DNA of 64,000 nt from Octopus vulgaris (taxonomy: Eukaryota), in assembly GCA_951406725.2 (NCBI GenBank), contig OX597816.1:118048001-118112000 (forward strand). The letters are read 5' to 3'. Shown here in pieces: positions 53,401 through 63,597 of the stretch. Each line of letters starts with the position of its first letter. The first letter of the stretch is position 1. The notes under the pieces are model-generated. The model was not told the DNA's origin. It saw only the letters and a list, made by a program, of their open reading frames with translations, and ran no database searches. Both the position numbers and the translations under genes were made by a program.

Positions 53401-56400
53401 ATTAAATATATTGTGATGGAAAATCATTTGTTTTGTTATCATTTTAGGGTTCCTAGTCCACCTCCTACTAAGAAACCAAAAGTTTCCAATGAGAAAGATA
53501 AATTGACTAATATACTACAAGGTGAAATTGCTCGATTGCCACACCGGTTCCGTATTAACCTAGACCCTGCACATCATGTTAGCTCAAAGACTGTCCATCT
53601 TATCTGTAAATTAGGTAAGAATTTCTTTTTTCTCTTTATTATTATTTTCATTGTCGTTATGTGATTACTTGTTTGGTCAGTTGATTGGTTAGTAAATAAA
53701 CACAAAAGCTTGACCTAGTATGACAATAAATGTTGTAAGTATTTAGAAGTGTATGTATGTCTGTGTCTGTTTGAATTAGATGGAAGAGACATTTAAAAAA
53801 TGTTGAGTATTCTACAGTAGGTTGAAGACATTTTTATTTGATTGTTAGTTCAAGAAGATTCCAACTTTAAATGAATTATAATTTTTCTGTGCTCAAATGA
53901 TCTTTCACACTACTTTGCTTTACTGCGTTGGTGATAGGAAAGGTTGTCTATTGTGAGTTGAAGTTTGAAAGGTGTTTTCTAGTAGTTTGTGTGGCAACAT
54001 CATTGTTTCCTTATTCTGGCTGAATGTTATATTTATGAGTGCAATTGTTAACTTATTTATTTATAATGAAGTGTTAGCATTCAGCAGTGTGTAGGCATGA
54101 GTAGAATTAGTTAAGTTGAAATATGGTTATCATGTATTTCAACTGCTAAAAGGCACTGTGGAGAATATATCTCTCTTCTGGTGAACTGGTGTGAAAACAC
54201 CCAGTTTGTTTGTCGCCATCTATTAGGAATCTCAGACACTGATGTTTCAAGCTTCTTGGCTCTTGTCAATGAGATATACCAAAGAGAAGCAACTCTGAAT
54301 GAACTTATAAAGCCATAGCTTTATGTATAATTCAGTCAACCTGATGACTGATTTGTGCTTGTAGATTGCCTAATCAAGGGAAAATAATGAAGTGTTTGTA
54401 CTAAGCAGTGTTTAGGCATGAGCAAAATTAGGTAAGTTGAAATATGTTTGTTATATTTCAACTTCTAAAAGGCAAATACACTGCCAAGAAACATCGATGT
54501 CTGAGATTCCTAATAGATGGCAACACTGAATGAACCAGGCGTTTTCATACCTTTTTACTATAAGAGAGACATATTCTCCATAGTAACTGCAGTATATTTG
54601 CCTTTCAACTTACCTAATTTTGCTCATACCTAAACACTGCTTAGTGGTAACACTTTATTTTTCCTTGGCCAGGTGATCTACAGATGATGAAAGGTTAGAG
54701 TGTGACAGAGGCAGAAATTGGTGTCTTACTGTAGAGGAGGGCCAGAGAGAGTGAGAGTTACTTATCTTAAATTTTAAATACTTAAGTCAACTTACCTTTC
54801 ACTCATACTGGGTCAATATAATAACTAGTCTTGTAATTTTTTCAATCTCTTAAAACAATTTGACCTTATGCCAATATAAGATTATTGTTATTTTTTGTTC
54901 AGTAGTTTCATGCAACACTCTACTGCACCTCTGTGCTCTCGAGGTGTGTGCAACATTGTGTTCTTTCTTTTGTAGGGATTGGGAGAGTATAGACTCCTCC
55001 CGTTGTGTACTTTCTCATTTTGTTTTGTTATAGAGTTCACTTTCTTGCTATATTAGTGTCTGTTCTGATGTATGTGATGTGTGTAATATGACTTATTATT
55101 ATTATTATTGAGTGAGGGAGCAGTGCATGCCATCAAAGTGACGCTGGGGTAAAATATACGAAGCCCAGTGTACCCATCATGACTACCCGTCTGATAAGAG
55201 TACACTAGGCACATGCATCACAACCATATGTGCGCGACATGGTGATCTCATATCAAGATAAACAGCACAGGACCTTGCAGGTGGGGTCCAGTTAGAATTT
55301 TCTTCTGGTCGTGTAACCCATCCCACTCAAAAGGTCCCTGAATAAGAGTTGTTTAAGATTGTTGAATGAAACACCCATGTTTCCAGGGGTGAATTATTCA
55401 AACCCCAAAGAATCCCTCTCAACACATGGCTATGATGCTCCCCCACTACTTCTGCTTGTGATCAGAGATGCACATATCGTCAGCCACTAAGGGGCATGGT
55501 CAACTGGTAAAGATCAAACAACCGACAAGCAAATCTGTGGTATTGAGCAGAATATTTGCTGTAGCCCATCATTTATACCAAGACAAAACAATGTACATGA
55601 TAACACTTCAACCAGTTAAGAGGAGAAGCCACGAGAGCCACTGCCTGGTACTGCATATTATTATTATTATAAGGCAGCAAGCTGGCAGAATTGTTAGTGC
55701 AATAGATGAAATGCTTAGTAGTATTTCGCCTGTCACAATGTTCTGAATTCAAATTCCACCAAGGTCGACTTTGCCTTTCATCCTTTTGGGGTTGATAAAA
55801 TAAGTACCAGTTGAACACTGGGGTTGATGTAATCGACTCATCTTCTCCAAAAATTGCTGCCCTTGTGGCAAAATTTGAAAATGATATTCCTATTAAGGTG
55901 TCAAGCTAGCAGAGTCATTAGCACACTGGACGAAATGCTTAGTGGTATTTCACCAGCTGCTACATTCTGAGTTCAAATTCTGCCAATATTGAATTTGCCT
56001 TTCATCAATTAAGTGCTAGTGAAACAGTGGGGTTGATGTAATTGTTGATGTAATTTTCTAGTCCCCTCCCCAAAAAATTTGAGGACTTTTGCTTCCACTA
56101 GAAAGAATTATTATTATTTGAATGGTATATATAACAAAATCACTTGTTCTTTAACTTTCTAATGATGTTGAAGCATTATTTTTCTGTATAATCTGTAACA
56201 TTTTAATTATATATGTTTTTTACTTTATAAATCTTCCCACATTCTAGATGATAAGAACCTACCTAGTGTGCCTCCTATCTTGATTGTGGTACCTGAGGAT
56301 TATCCTTCAACCAGTCCGCAGTGTGACAGCAATGCCGAAGATTATAGTCAGTATCTTATTTATTGATATCTTCATTTAAACTTATGTAAACCTCTGAGAA

Positions 56401-59400
56401 ATTACTTAACTCTAACTTTGTACTAGTGTTGAAATACTTATTAATTGTTTTGAGGTAGTTTCAGAAATAAGAGTATTGTTGGAGCTGATACATGCTGGTA
56501 ACAATTGTAAGCCCTACAGTTTTGTGGTTTAAATATTGTCCAGATGAATTTAATCTTTAGCTCTCAGAGACCCTTAAAAGATTGATTACAACCAGGTTGT
56601 GTGGTTCAATGCAAGGTTAAGGTGATGACTGAACCTTTGGCGTAACAGTTGGATGGTTCAAGATTTCAAGTTTCAATCCTACCAGAGCTGATTATAGACC
56701 AGCATCCTATCCAAGAAATATCTGTTTCTCTACAGGAAATGGGGATAAGTTTCATTGCAATAAAGTCAAGCTGGAGTAGAAGTGGAACAAATCATTTATA
56801 TATATATATATATAGACAGACAGACAGACATTGCTGGTGACATAATTTGCTTTAAAAATAAAGAAAATCTAGTTATGATAGACTCACTGACAACTAGCCA
56901 AGCTGCATGAGTGCATTATGAGGTTAAACTGAGATAACATAATACTTTATAAGGATATTTGTGAAACTGAAGGCATATCCATGAAATTGTTTTGCTATAT
57001 TCTACAAACATTGACACAAGCATGGCTGTATTATAAGAGGCTTGCATCCCAAGCCTATGATTCTGGATTCGGTCCCACTGCATGGCACCTTGGACAAGTG
57101 TCTTCTACCAAAGCCTTGTGAGTGGATTTGGTTGATGGAAAATGAAAGAAGCCTGTCATATATTGTGCGTGGTGTGTATTTGTCTCCCACCATCATTTAA
57201 CAATTGGTATTGGCAAATTTGCATCCTCATAATATATATATACATGTGACTAATAGAATAAGCACCAGGCTAAAAAAGGACAAATAGGTATTGGGATCAA
57301 TCCATTCAACTAGAAATTCTTCAAGGCGATGTCCCATTATGGCAGCAGTCTATTGACTGAAACAAGTAAAACGATAAGGTAAAGATATCTAGCCTTTGTT
57401 TTAATATGAGAAAAAGGGTGTTTCTATTTGTCTGATTTTGTTTAATTAGAACCCTTATGTAATTCAACTATTGTATTTTATTTCAAATCCACTTAATTCT
57501 ATTTAATCTGTAGTAAGAGGTACATTAAGAGTTAGGCTTACTACTTCAGAAAATATATTTAGCTGTGTGCATGTAAGGTTTGAAATGTATAAATGCATGT
57601 TTTACATAAAGGTATCAATAAATGTCAGAAGGTAACGTTTTTGGTTAACAAACAATTTATTTCTTGATCGCACATGAAGTAGTAGGCACAACAGAGATAA
57701 GCGTTCAAGACAATAGGGTATAAAAGACATGAATTAATTCCTTAATATATATCAAAGTGGCTAGCTCCAGTGCTTGGCTACAAATCTAAAACATCCAATG
57801 AATTTTGTAGTGATAATGAGGTGAGGTAGAAATCCCATAGCGTGTCACGCTAGACAAACCACAAGCTTGTCGACAGTTTAGTGTCTACATCTGAATTAGA
57901 TAAAGCAAAGCAGCGACGAAAGGGAACCAAGTGTTAACGTTCCAACATTTAGACAACGACTGAATAAATGCTCTTGAAAAGCATGCATTGTTACACTGGG
58001 CGGAAGTCATGTGTATTCCTCTGCCACTAGCTTTTAACAGGCAGAGGAATGCAGCATCAGTGTGCTGCTACACTGGGGGTGAAGTAATTCAACTGCCCTG
58101 CTACAGATCCATTGTAGTTGTATACTTCTCACTGTATCATGGTACAAGGTAAACTCTACTTCAGCTAACCTTTGTGTTTTTTTGTAGCTAACTACATTAC
58201 ATTGCCTTTCATAGCTTCTATCTATTACTAGAACAGACAACATTACACAGCCTGCTATAAACAAAGTGCATTACTTGTCCTAGTTTGCCAAACTGAAAAT
58301 AGGTACCATTCTCATTAGTTAATGTTAGATCTCAGTCAGCCCTTGATATAACATTGTGCAGTGTGTCAATTTTAAGATAGATGTGATTTAAGTGAGATTT
58401 AGCTGCTATTTCTAGCAGGTTCTGTGACCATGTAGAGGTTGTCTTAGTTGAGATAACCATTCAGCTGTAAAACACCTGATCAAACAATATGAGTGCATGT
58501 ATTCAATTAACTTTTATTGAATTGCTAATTAAGATGTAACATTAGTGCTGGTGCCATGTAAAGAAAAAAAATGTACACTCTGCAAAGTGGTTGGCATTAG
58601 GAAGAGCATCCAGCTGTAGAAACCACTCCAAAGCACAATCCAATGGTGCCGGTATGGAAGGGGGACATTAAATGGTGATGATTGACAGATAAACTCTATT
58701 AGACATTACTATGCTTGTACTAATAAGCATAAAATTTTCTTAAGAATTCATAGACACCGACTTGTCTGTGTGACATGGAAATTTGCTCTGAACTACATGT
58801 TTGAGGTTTGTTCCTATTGTGTCAACTGGCTTGTGACTTCTGCTTTAGCCATGGTCTGACCAATGCCTCTTGAGCAAACTGTTAGATGTAAAAAACAAGA
58901 AGCTTGTTATTCATGTTGGTGTGTGTTTTCCCTTTGCCTTGATATTTGTGTTGATTGTAATCAAAATCATTGTCCATTGTTATTTGTCTACAATCTTCTG
59001 CAAAATCTCAAGCCATTGAGTTGTTCATTATTTAAAGGTCTAGGAAAAATATTACTTTGCTTGGAAACAGGTGAAGGTTAGCTACAAAAGAAACATCTGG
59101 CCATTAAATAGCAGTGATGGTTGTTGTTGTTGCTGTTAAGCATCCTGGTGCAGTCCCTTATTACAACTTCTTATCTATTAAAATCATTTTGCACGTAAAT
59201 TATTCAATCTGTTGTGTAACAGTTTTTTGATAGGCATAAGTTACAGAAAATTGATGCTGCATCCAAAATTCAGCTCTTGCTTTAAGTGAATGAAGAAATT
59301 TCTGTGTAGTTGTTCAACCTGTAGAAAAAGCAACTAAATCTTAAAAACTTAGAAAAAGAGTATTCATTAGATAATGGTGATCCTAAGTTCACTGTGTCAA

Positions 59401-60307
59401 ACAAAGAGATTTAAACACATCATTAGAATGTCTGATTGTTGAACTGCTGCTCATTCAGGGCTCCCTTGGTGCTAAGCATCATTATCATCGTTTAGCGTCT
59501 GTTTTCCATGCTAGCATGGGTTGGACGGTTCGACCAGGGTCTAAGAAGCCAGGAGGCTGCACCAGGCTCCAGTCTGATCTGGCAGTGTTTCTACAGCTGG
59601 GTGCCCTTCCTAACGCCAACCACTCCGTGAGTGTAGTGGGTGCTTTTTACGTGCCACCAGCACAGGGACCACAGAGGACTGGCAAACAGCCACGATCGTT
59701 TGGTGCATTTACGTGTCACCAACACGGACGCCAGTCAGGTGGCGCTGGCATCTGCCAAGTTCGGACGGTGCTTTTTATGTGTCACCGGCACAGGTATCTT
59801 AACTACAATTTCCATTTGATTTTCATTATTCTTGTTACAATCATGAAAGCATTTTTGTTGTGAACACAAGTTGTCATTTGAATTTTTAATTTTCTAGCTG
59901 CTACTCCCTTTCTACAAGGTGTACAGAATGCACTTCAGTCAAGTTTACAGAAAATGCCTGATCACTTCTCAGTAACAACTCTATTAGATACTTGGGTATG
60001 TTGTCAATTCTTTTCCTCCCATTGCTTTAAGATATTTTCATGTAGTGGTGAAATCATTTATATTGTTAATATTAAATCAGTTTATCCTGTATACATTGGT
60101 TTAATCTGTAGTTGATACAATTTTCACAAAAGTGCTTTACCAAGTAATAGTCTTAGGCAAAATATTGTTTTATATCCAAATTTGCTGAGGTTTATGTGTA
60201 ATATGTCTTTTCTTTTAATTTGTCATTCGGTTTTCCATTTTTTAAAGGTTTCCTTTCTAATTTTGCAGGAAATGAGTGTCCGAAGAATGTGTGCACCAAC
60301 TTCATAA
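13126..60307 (+). CDS. MED15: Mediator of RNA polymerase II transcription subunit 15, multi-exon gene, 5'-partial (KIX exons not found in window). Exons: 13126-13323, 41527-41630, 42504-42686, 46222-46308, 46915-46985, 48594-48721, 48821-48949, 51039-51105, 51191-51254, 52268-52434, 53448-53614, 56248-56346, 59898-59995, 60269-60307
   Basis: All exons have AG/GT boundaries and compatible phases (1601 nt in total, open to TAA at 60305-60307). The translation contains MED15 hallmarks: [10 protein letters not shown], a Q/P-rich tract, [56 protein letters not shown]...[20 protein letters not shown]...[17 protein letters not shown]...PEDYPSTSP and [21 protein letters not shown]. Confidence 0.95.
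14820..15370 (-). mobile_element. Highly decayed RTE-like LINE 3' region
   Basis: Pyrimidine-rich plus strand; minus-strand remnants resemble RTE C-terminal motifs; many stops. Confidence 0.35.
16180..17140 (-). mobile_element. RTE-clade LINE reverse transcriptase fragment (related plus-strand fragment near 43880-44180)
   Basis: ORF 16804-17139 ...[25 protein letters not shown]...[21 protein letters not shown]...LYLAFVD, continuing to [10 protein letters not shown] and [11 protein letters not shown]. Confidence 0.9.
19268..19645. repeat. Unclassified interspersed repeat; longer copy at 55110-55655
   Basis: Shared blocks tacccatcatgactacccgtctgataa, cagttagaattttcttc, gaattattcaaa, ggctatgatgctc, gtcagccactaaggg; flanked by (TTA)n. 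Confidence 0.75.
19799..21042 (+). mobile_element. Defective mariner (DD34D) transposon
   Basis: TA flanks; TIRs tcaggtcatcccacaagttctgtc / gacagaacttacgggatgacctga; transposase from ATG 19983 with WVPHEL and [16 protein letters not shown] motifs, frameshifts and an internal deletion. Confidence 0.95.
21141..21458. repeat. About 320-bp palindromic (foldback) element
   Basis: Roughly 130-bp imperfect inverted arms, e.g. tgtgtattaaggcta / tagccttaatacaca, around a short spacer. Confidence 0.85.
22524..22951. mobile_element. piggyBac-derived MITE interrupted by a family A SINE with a 13-bp target-site duplication
   Basis: TTAA|cccttttgttacc ... ggtatcaaaaggg|TTAA; tcattattaagct duplicated at 22610-22622 and 22830-22842. 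Confidence 0.85.
23619..23651 (+). CDS. MED15: Candidate 33-nt MED15 microexon (phase 1-1): (E)[10 protein letters not shown](R)
   Basis: gattttcttcttctgcag| acceptor, C|GTGAGT donor, length divisible by 3, stop-free and in phase with both flanking exons. Confidence 0.6.
25200..27915. mobile_element. Array of about 14 tRNA-head family A SINEs (about 12 plus-strand, 2 inverted at ~26025-26392). Smaller arrays at ~39950-41075 and ~55670-56110; single copy near 9575-9785
   Basis: About 200-bp unit gagctggcagaattgttagc..ttctgagttcaaattc..gactttgcctttcatccttt.ggggtc.ataaaataagtaccag..ccttgtgcc, with (ATT)n linkers; the central block resembles the MetaSINE domain. Confidence 0.85.
32025..32291 (+). 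mobile_element. Non-autonomous Helitron-like element
   Basis: 5' (TA)n-AAATTG start, internal aaatggctgg..ttctcatgaaaaatggcacacatgt block, 3' GC-rich segment ending in CTAG. Confidence 0.5.
33830..34300 (+). mobile_element. HERO-like (RLE endonuclease) non-LTR retrotransposon 3' end, decayed
   Basis: [21 protein letters not shown]...GWHA...EVA...AETSSR*LW matches the PWE...KY..L...GW....EVG...A...S.WLW pattern. Confidence 0.6.
34357..34843 (-). mobile_element. Non-autonomous Helitron-like element
   Basis: Minus strand starts TCTATATATACATAAAAC followed by a GT repeat and ends ..gggcaatactgCTAG; inserted between A and T; CpG-rich. Confidence 0.65.
35358..36196. mobile_element. Foldback Tc1/mariner-superfamily (DD41D-like) element made of two transposase 3' ends
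   Basis: TA flanks; CAGGGT ends; about 340-bp inverted arms; minus strand [24 protein letters not shown]...LWGYLKERV; plus strand [19 protein letters not shown]. Confidence 0.85.
36338..36885. mobile_element. Penelope-like terminal repeat complex (direct plus inverted repeats) carrying a hammerhead ribozyme
   Basis: Direct repeat 36338-36438 ~ 36675-36793; inverted repeat 36625-36713 / 36797-36885; hairpin 36439-36573. Confidence 0.7.
36485..36527 (-). ncRNA. Minimal type I hammerhead ribozyme
   Basis: Minus strand: ACACG-CUGAUGA-UGGGU[CAAU]ACCUA-GAAA-C[UUGA]G-UC-CGUGU; complete catalytic core, stems I/II/III and a GUC cleavage triplet. Confidence 0.8.
37132..38385 (+). mobile_element. Defective Tc1-like (DD34E) transposon
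   Basis: TA flanks; 30-bp TIRs caggggttggacaaaataatggaaacacct; transposase from 37318 (paired-like HTH), [19 protein letters not shown] and DLNIIEHLW motifs with frameshifts. Confidence 0.95.
41527..41630 (+). CDS. MED15: MED15 exon: [35 protein letters not shown]
   Basis: tag| acceptor, CAG|GTGTGT donor, phase 1-0. Confidence 0.85.
42504..42686 (+). CDS. MED15: MED15 Q/P-rich exon: [22 protein letters not shown]...QQMAVSGPN
   Basis: tttcacag| acceptor, |GTAATT donor, phase 0-0, matches ORF 42519. Confidence 0.9.
44456..46212. repeat. Perfect 158-bp direct repeat (44456-44613 = 46055-46212) flanking the piggyBac element
   Basis: Base-by-base identical by eye; both copies begin with TTAA. 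Confidence 0.9.
44614..46054 (-). mobile_element. Internally deleted piggyBac element lacking its left terminus; contains a ~180-bp internal tandem duplication (45106-45278 / 45285-45458)
   Basis: Right end agtaacgaaaggg|TTAA with ggccggg subterminal repeats; minus-strand remnants [27 protein letters not shown]...[11 protein letters not shown] and FFDRF.SSVKL; CpG-rich. Confidence 0.85.
46222..46308 (+). CDS. MED15: MED15 exon: [29 protein letters not shown]
   Basis: Long pyrimidine tract with tag|, CAA|GTAAGT donor, phase 0-0. Confidence 0.88.
46915..46985 (+). CDS. MED15: MED15 exon: [23 protein letters not shown]
   Basis: ttttgcag| acceptor, AG|GTTTGA donor, phase 0-2. Confidence 0.85.
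48185..48372. repeat. Three tandem ~62-bp units within a family C SINE
   Basis: tttatgtgccaccgacacaggtgccaga.gaggctggc...ggc.acg.tcggatgg repeated three times. Confidence 0.85.
48594..48721 (+). CDS. MED15: MED15 exon: [16 protein letters not shown]...[12 protein letters not shown]
   Basis: ttctag| acceptor, G|GTGAGG donor; PSPG..LNTP motif typical of MED15. Confidence 0.9.
48821..48949 (+). CDS. MED15: MED15 exon: [43 protein letters not shown]
   Basis: Conserved [18 protein letters not shown] block; canonical splice sites. Confidence 0.95.
51039..51105 (+). CDS. MED15: MED15 exon: [23 protein letters not shown]
   Basis: CT-rich tract with cag|, CG|GTATGA donor; conserved KMK.LL.IL.DPSKR. 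Confidence 0.93.
51191..51254 (+). CDS. MED15: MED15 exon: [21 protein letters not shown]
   Basis: gcag| acceptor, |GTAAGT donor, preceded by an 85-nt intron. Confidence 0.93.
52268..52434 (+). CDS. MED15: MED15 exon: PSSSDG...[41 protein letters not shown]
   Basis: Conserved CQPLLD and NH.L.RTF.PA motifs; canonical sites. Confidence 0.95.
53448..53614 (+). CDS. MED15: MED15 exon: [11 protein letters not shown]...[34 protein letters not shown]
   Basis: Conserved LQGE.ARL and VHLICKL; canonical sites. Confidence 0.95.
54064..54665. mobile_element. Penelope-like direct/inverted repeat complex with a decayed hammerhead (54229-54275, minus)
   Basis: 54064-54150 ~ 54385-54475 direct; 54155-54248 inverted at 54488-54583; 54380-54442 inverted at 54604-54665; minus strand atctca-TTGACAA-gagc..gctt-GAAAC-atcagt-GTC-tgagat. 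Confidence 0.7.
56248..56346 (+). CDS. MED15: MED15 exon: [33 protein letters not shown]
   Basis: Conserved DDK.LPSVPP...P.DYP..SP; donor A|GTCAGT is weaker (C at +3) but gives the phase 1 needed by the next exon. Confidence 0.92.
57619..57951. mobile_element. Putative MITE with ~27-bp imperfect terminal inverted repeats
   Basis: taaatgtcagaaggtaacgtttttggtt versus reverse complement of the right end taaatgttggaacgttaacacttggtt; CpG-richer than flanks. Confidence 0.45.
59898..59995 (+). CDS. MED15: MED15 exon: [33 protein letters not shown]
   Basis: Conserved PFL...SVT.LL.TW; canonical sites. Confidence 0.95.
60269..60307 (+). CDS. MED15: MED15 terminal coding exon: [12 protein letters not shown]
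   Basis: ttttgcag| acceptor; C-terminal SVR..C motif; TAA stop. Confidence 0.92.
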   Translation, partial: EMSVRRMCAPTS

Positions 60308-60426
60308 ATCAACCTAATTCCTGTAAGGAATTTGGGATCCTGAAACACTACTCCCTATTTTTGCCCATCCAACTGTATTTAAAGTATCGATTTTGACATT
60401 GTAAATATTTCTTATGATACAATTGA

Positions 60427-60499
60427 AATAAAAAAAACAAAAAACCAAGTTGAAAATTGTTGTTCAGAATCCTCAAGCTTTTCTGATTAGCACAATAAA
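60427..60499 (+). terminator. Candidate polyadenylation signals for MED15 (AATAAA at 60427-60432 and 60494-60499)
   Basis: Canonical hexamers 120-190 nt after the stop codon, followed by T-rich sequence; AT-rich background makes chance hits likely. Confidence 0.4.
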
Positions 60500-62199
60500 C
60501 TTTTGATATTTTAAATGGTCTTTGACTCATTATAGTCATCAGCATTTTTTACATCTGCTTTCCATGAATGCATGGGTTGGATGGGTCACATATCATGAGT
60601 TGGTTCTTATTTGGAGAAATTACTCTCTTAGATGGATCAGAGGATCACAAATCTCACTTGTGCGTTCTATTTTTGGCATGGTTTCCCTTGCTAAATGCAC
60701 TTACGTACACCAACCATAAAACAAACTGTATTGGGTACATCTTATTGTGACACCAACACCAGAGAAGTTGTCATGTCCTTGACCAGACTAAATGGTCATC
60801 TCAACTCTACATTATCTCTTATTTACCTCCTACTTTACAGAAAGTAGTGGATATAGTTTACCATTAATTAGGTTGCTGTGTGCCCCACATGGCAAAGAAT
60901 CCTTCTACACTGTGGTGCTTCTGTTTATTGGTGATTCCTATAATTACAGTGTTTTAGAATGATGGTATATTGTTCCATCCATTCATCTTCTCTAGTATTC
61001 CTGGAAGGGTCTTGGTGTAGAATCTTCAGACACCTCCATCGGATCCTATCAGAAGCAGCTGTCCCTTATAGACTTTCTAACTGGATTCCTACGCGAGACC
61101 TCCTGAACCTATGGATATTATACAATCATTTCATTCTTGGACCTTCTGTTGAGGCAAGTGAGAATCAGAATCAAAATCGATCAACATCAATGGAAATTGT
61201 AGCTGTGATACCAACGCCGGGGGCACGTAAAAAGCACCATCCGACCATGGCTGGCCTCCATGCCGGTGGCATGTAAAAAGCACCATCCGATCGTGGCCGT
61301 TTGCCAACCTCGTCTGGCACCTGTGTCAGTGGCATGTAAAAAGCACTCACGGAGTGATTGGCGTTAGGAAGGGCCTCCAGCCGTAGAAACATTGCCAGAT
61401 CAGACTGGGCCTGGTGCAGCCTTCTGGCTTCCCAGACCCCAGTTGAACCGTCCAACCCATGCTAGCATGGAAAGCAGACGCTAAACGATGATATTTTGGA
61501 TTACATCATAGTTTTACAATATTTGATGCGAAAATCCATTCCCAATGAGTATCTTTTATCTTTTACTTGTTTTAGTCATTTGACTGCCACCATGCTGGGA
61601 CTCCACCTAGAAGAGTTTCAGTCAAACAAATCAACCCCAGGGCTTATTTTTTAAGCCTAGTACTTATTCTATTGGTCTGCTTTGCTGAACCACCAAGTTA
61701 CAGAGACATAAAAATACCAACACCAGTTGTCAAGCAGTGGTGGGGGACAAACACAAAGACACATACAATACAGACTTCTTTCAATTCCATCTACCAAATC
61801 CACTCACAAGGCTTTGATCAGCTCAAGGCCAAGATGCCATGCAGTTGGAGTGAACCTGGAACTATGTGGTTTGGGAAGCAAGCTTCTCACCACTCAGCTA
61901 TACCACCACCTACATGTGCAGGATTTTCAAATGAGGTGCACATGTGCAAAATTTCAGATCCAATGTGTATGCACAATTATTTAAACAATGCACATAAGTA
62001 AACATGTAATTTGTTTGATAAAACCCTTCGTGCTGGTACCCCAGTGTGGCCGCAGTCAAATGACTAAAACAAGTGAAAGATTGGGAATGAATTTTCACAT
62101 CAAATATTGTAAAACTACCATGTTATGTGAAATATATTTGTATAATTATTTTGAAAGGTCCAAGAACATAGCTTTAGATGGTCACATTTAGGAATCTAG

Positions 62200-63180
62200 C
62201 CAGAAAGTTGAATGACAACTGCTTCTGACAGGATTCTATGAAGGTACTTGAGTACACTACGCCATTGATATCCTTAATGTTTGGTCTTTTTGGGTCATCA
62301 AACTCTCATCCAGTTTGCCCAGCTAGAATTGATAAAATCCCAGCTTGTATCTTAACAACAACAAACTGCCCTCTTGATCCAAATTCATCCTGTGGCTTTC
62401 TCTACAGTTTCAGTGATGGAAAGTATGACTACCCTCTTTGCTACACCAGTTATTCCAAATTCAAAAAGCACTCTGCAAAATGATCACCTCACAAAACCAT
62501 GGCAGCTTATTTCAATTGGTTCTCAGTGTGCCTGCCAGCCTTGGCTTCTGTAGTGTGCTCCCTCCACACTCTTTTTATCTTTCTTATTCCTCCCCATCTC
62601 CTGATATTTGGCAAGCTTTCTTTCATGGGGCTTCTCCCATGTTTTTCTATGGACACAGTCAATCTCCACATAATCACATACTTTGTGGGATCTGAGAAAA
62701 TGAATATCTCAAGGCACAATGTTGGTATGATGTACTCTCAGCTTCCAGTCTAGAGCTGTGGAAAGTAATCCTGGTTGTTGATGTTTCAGTGAATGGGGCT
62801 TCCCTCTAGCTTTGAGAAAAGTGATGGCTTCCTTCCAGGGGTGGTGTCTAATGGACTGAATGGCTGTTTTCACCTCCACAATCTTGAACATTTTGTCAGC
62901 AATAATGATCATCAACTAAGGATCTGGGGCAGTGCTGAAATGTTGAAGGGACCTTCTTTTAGCACAGAAGGGCGCTTTGCTCCTGCCTCGTGTGAATATT
63001 TGTTGGCTTTGTTAAGGTGTCATAGACTGTCTCGATCTGAGATCTGACCAGGTGTTATTCTGCTGCTTTATGTTATTTTGCCCAGGATCATTGTTAGCTA
63101 AGTCCTACTATCTTTCTAAACTTGTGTGACTGCATGAGCTTCTTCTTGGAGGAGATAGTCTTAGCTCTTTCCTTTGGCAT
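62200..63180 (-). mobile_element. HERO-clade non-LTR retrotransposon 3' portion (zinc knuckle and restriction-like endonuclease region), disrupted
   Basis: Minus strand ...AITFLKARGKPH...GLLSTALDWKL...HERKLAKYQEM...GWQAH*EPIEISCHGF...FGITGVAKR...VEKATG*IWIKRA. Confidence 0.8.
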
Positions 63181-63597
63181 TACCAAGTGTGTGTGTGTAT
63201 GCATAATCACTATCGACCAGACTATCAGATGTTATACACCGCTGGTAATAATGCCCTTTCCCACATTGTTGTAACTTTTGAATGATATCACTCCGCTGGC
63301 TAGGTGAGCAGGCCAGCATTTCCCCCAATCAAATCCCAGGCCATTGCAGGGTTACTCATTCACAGCTGAATGGATTAGAGCAGTATGTAATGAAGTGTTT
63401 TGTTCAAGAACATAATGCACCACCCATTTAGGAATCGAAACTGTGATCTTGTGAAAAACACTAACTACTAGGATATGTGCCTGGGAAACGTTCTCAGTAT
63501 GCAAATAAAGCTCCTGTTCTTTTACGCTGACCACAGTCTAATGATGCTGACTGGCGACCGAGCTGTACCGATATAATGTAGAATAGATATAATAATA

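Noticed and set aside
54341-54385. Plus-strand CTGATGA as a sense hammerhead
   Set aside because: No properly placed GAAA/stem III/UH and no stem I.
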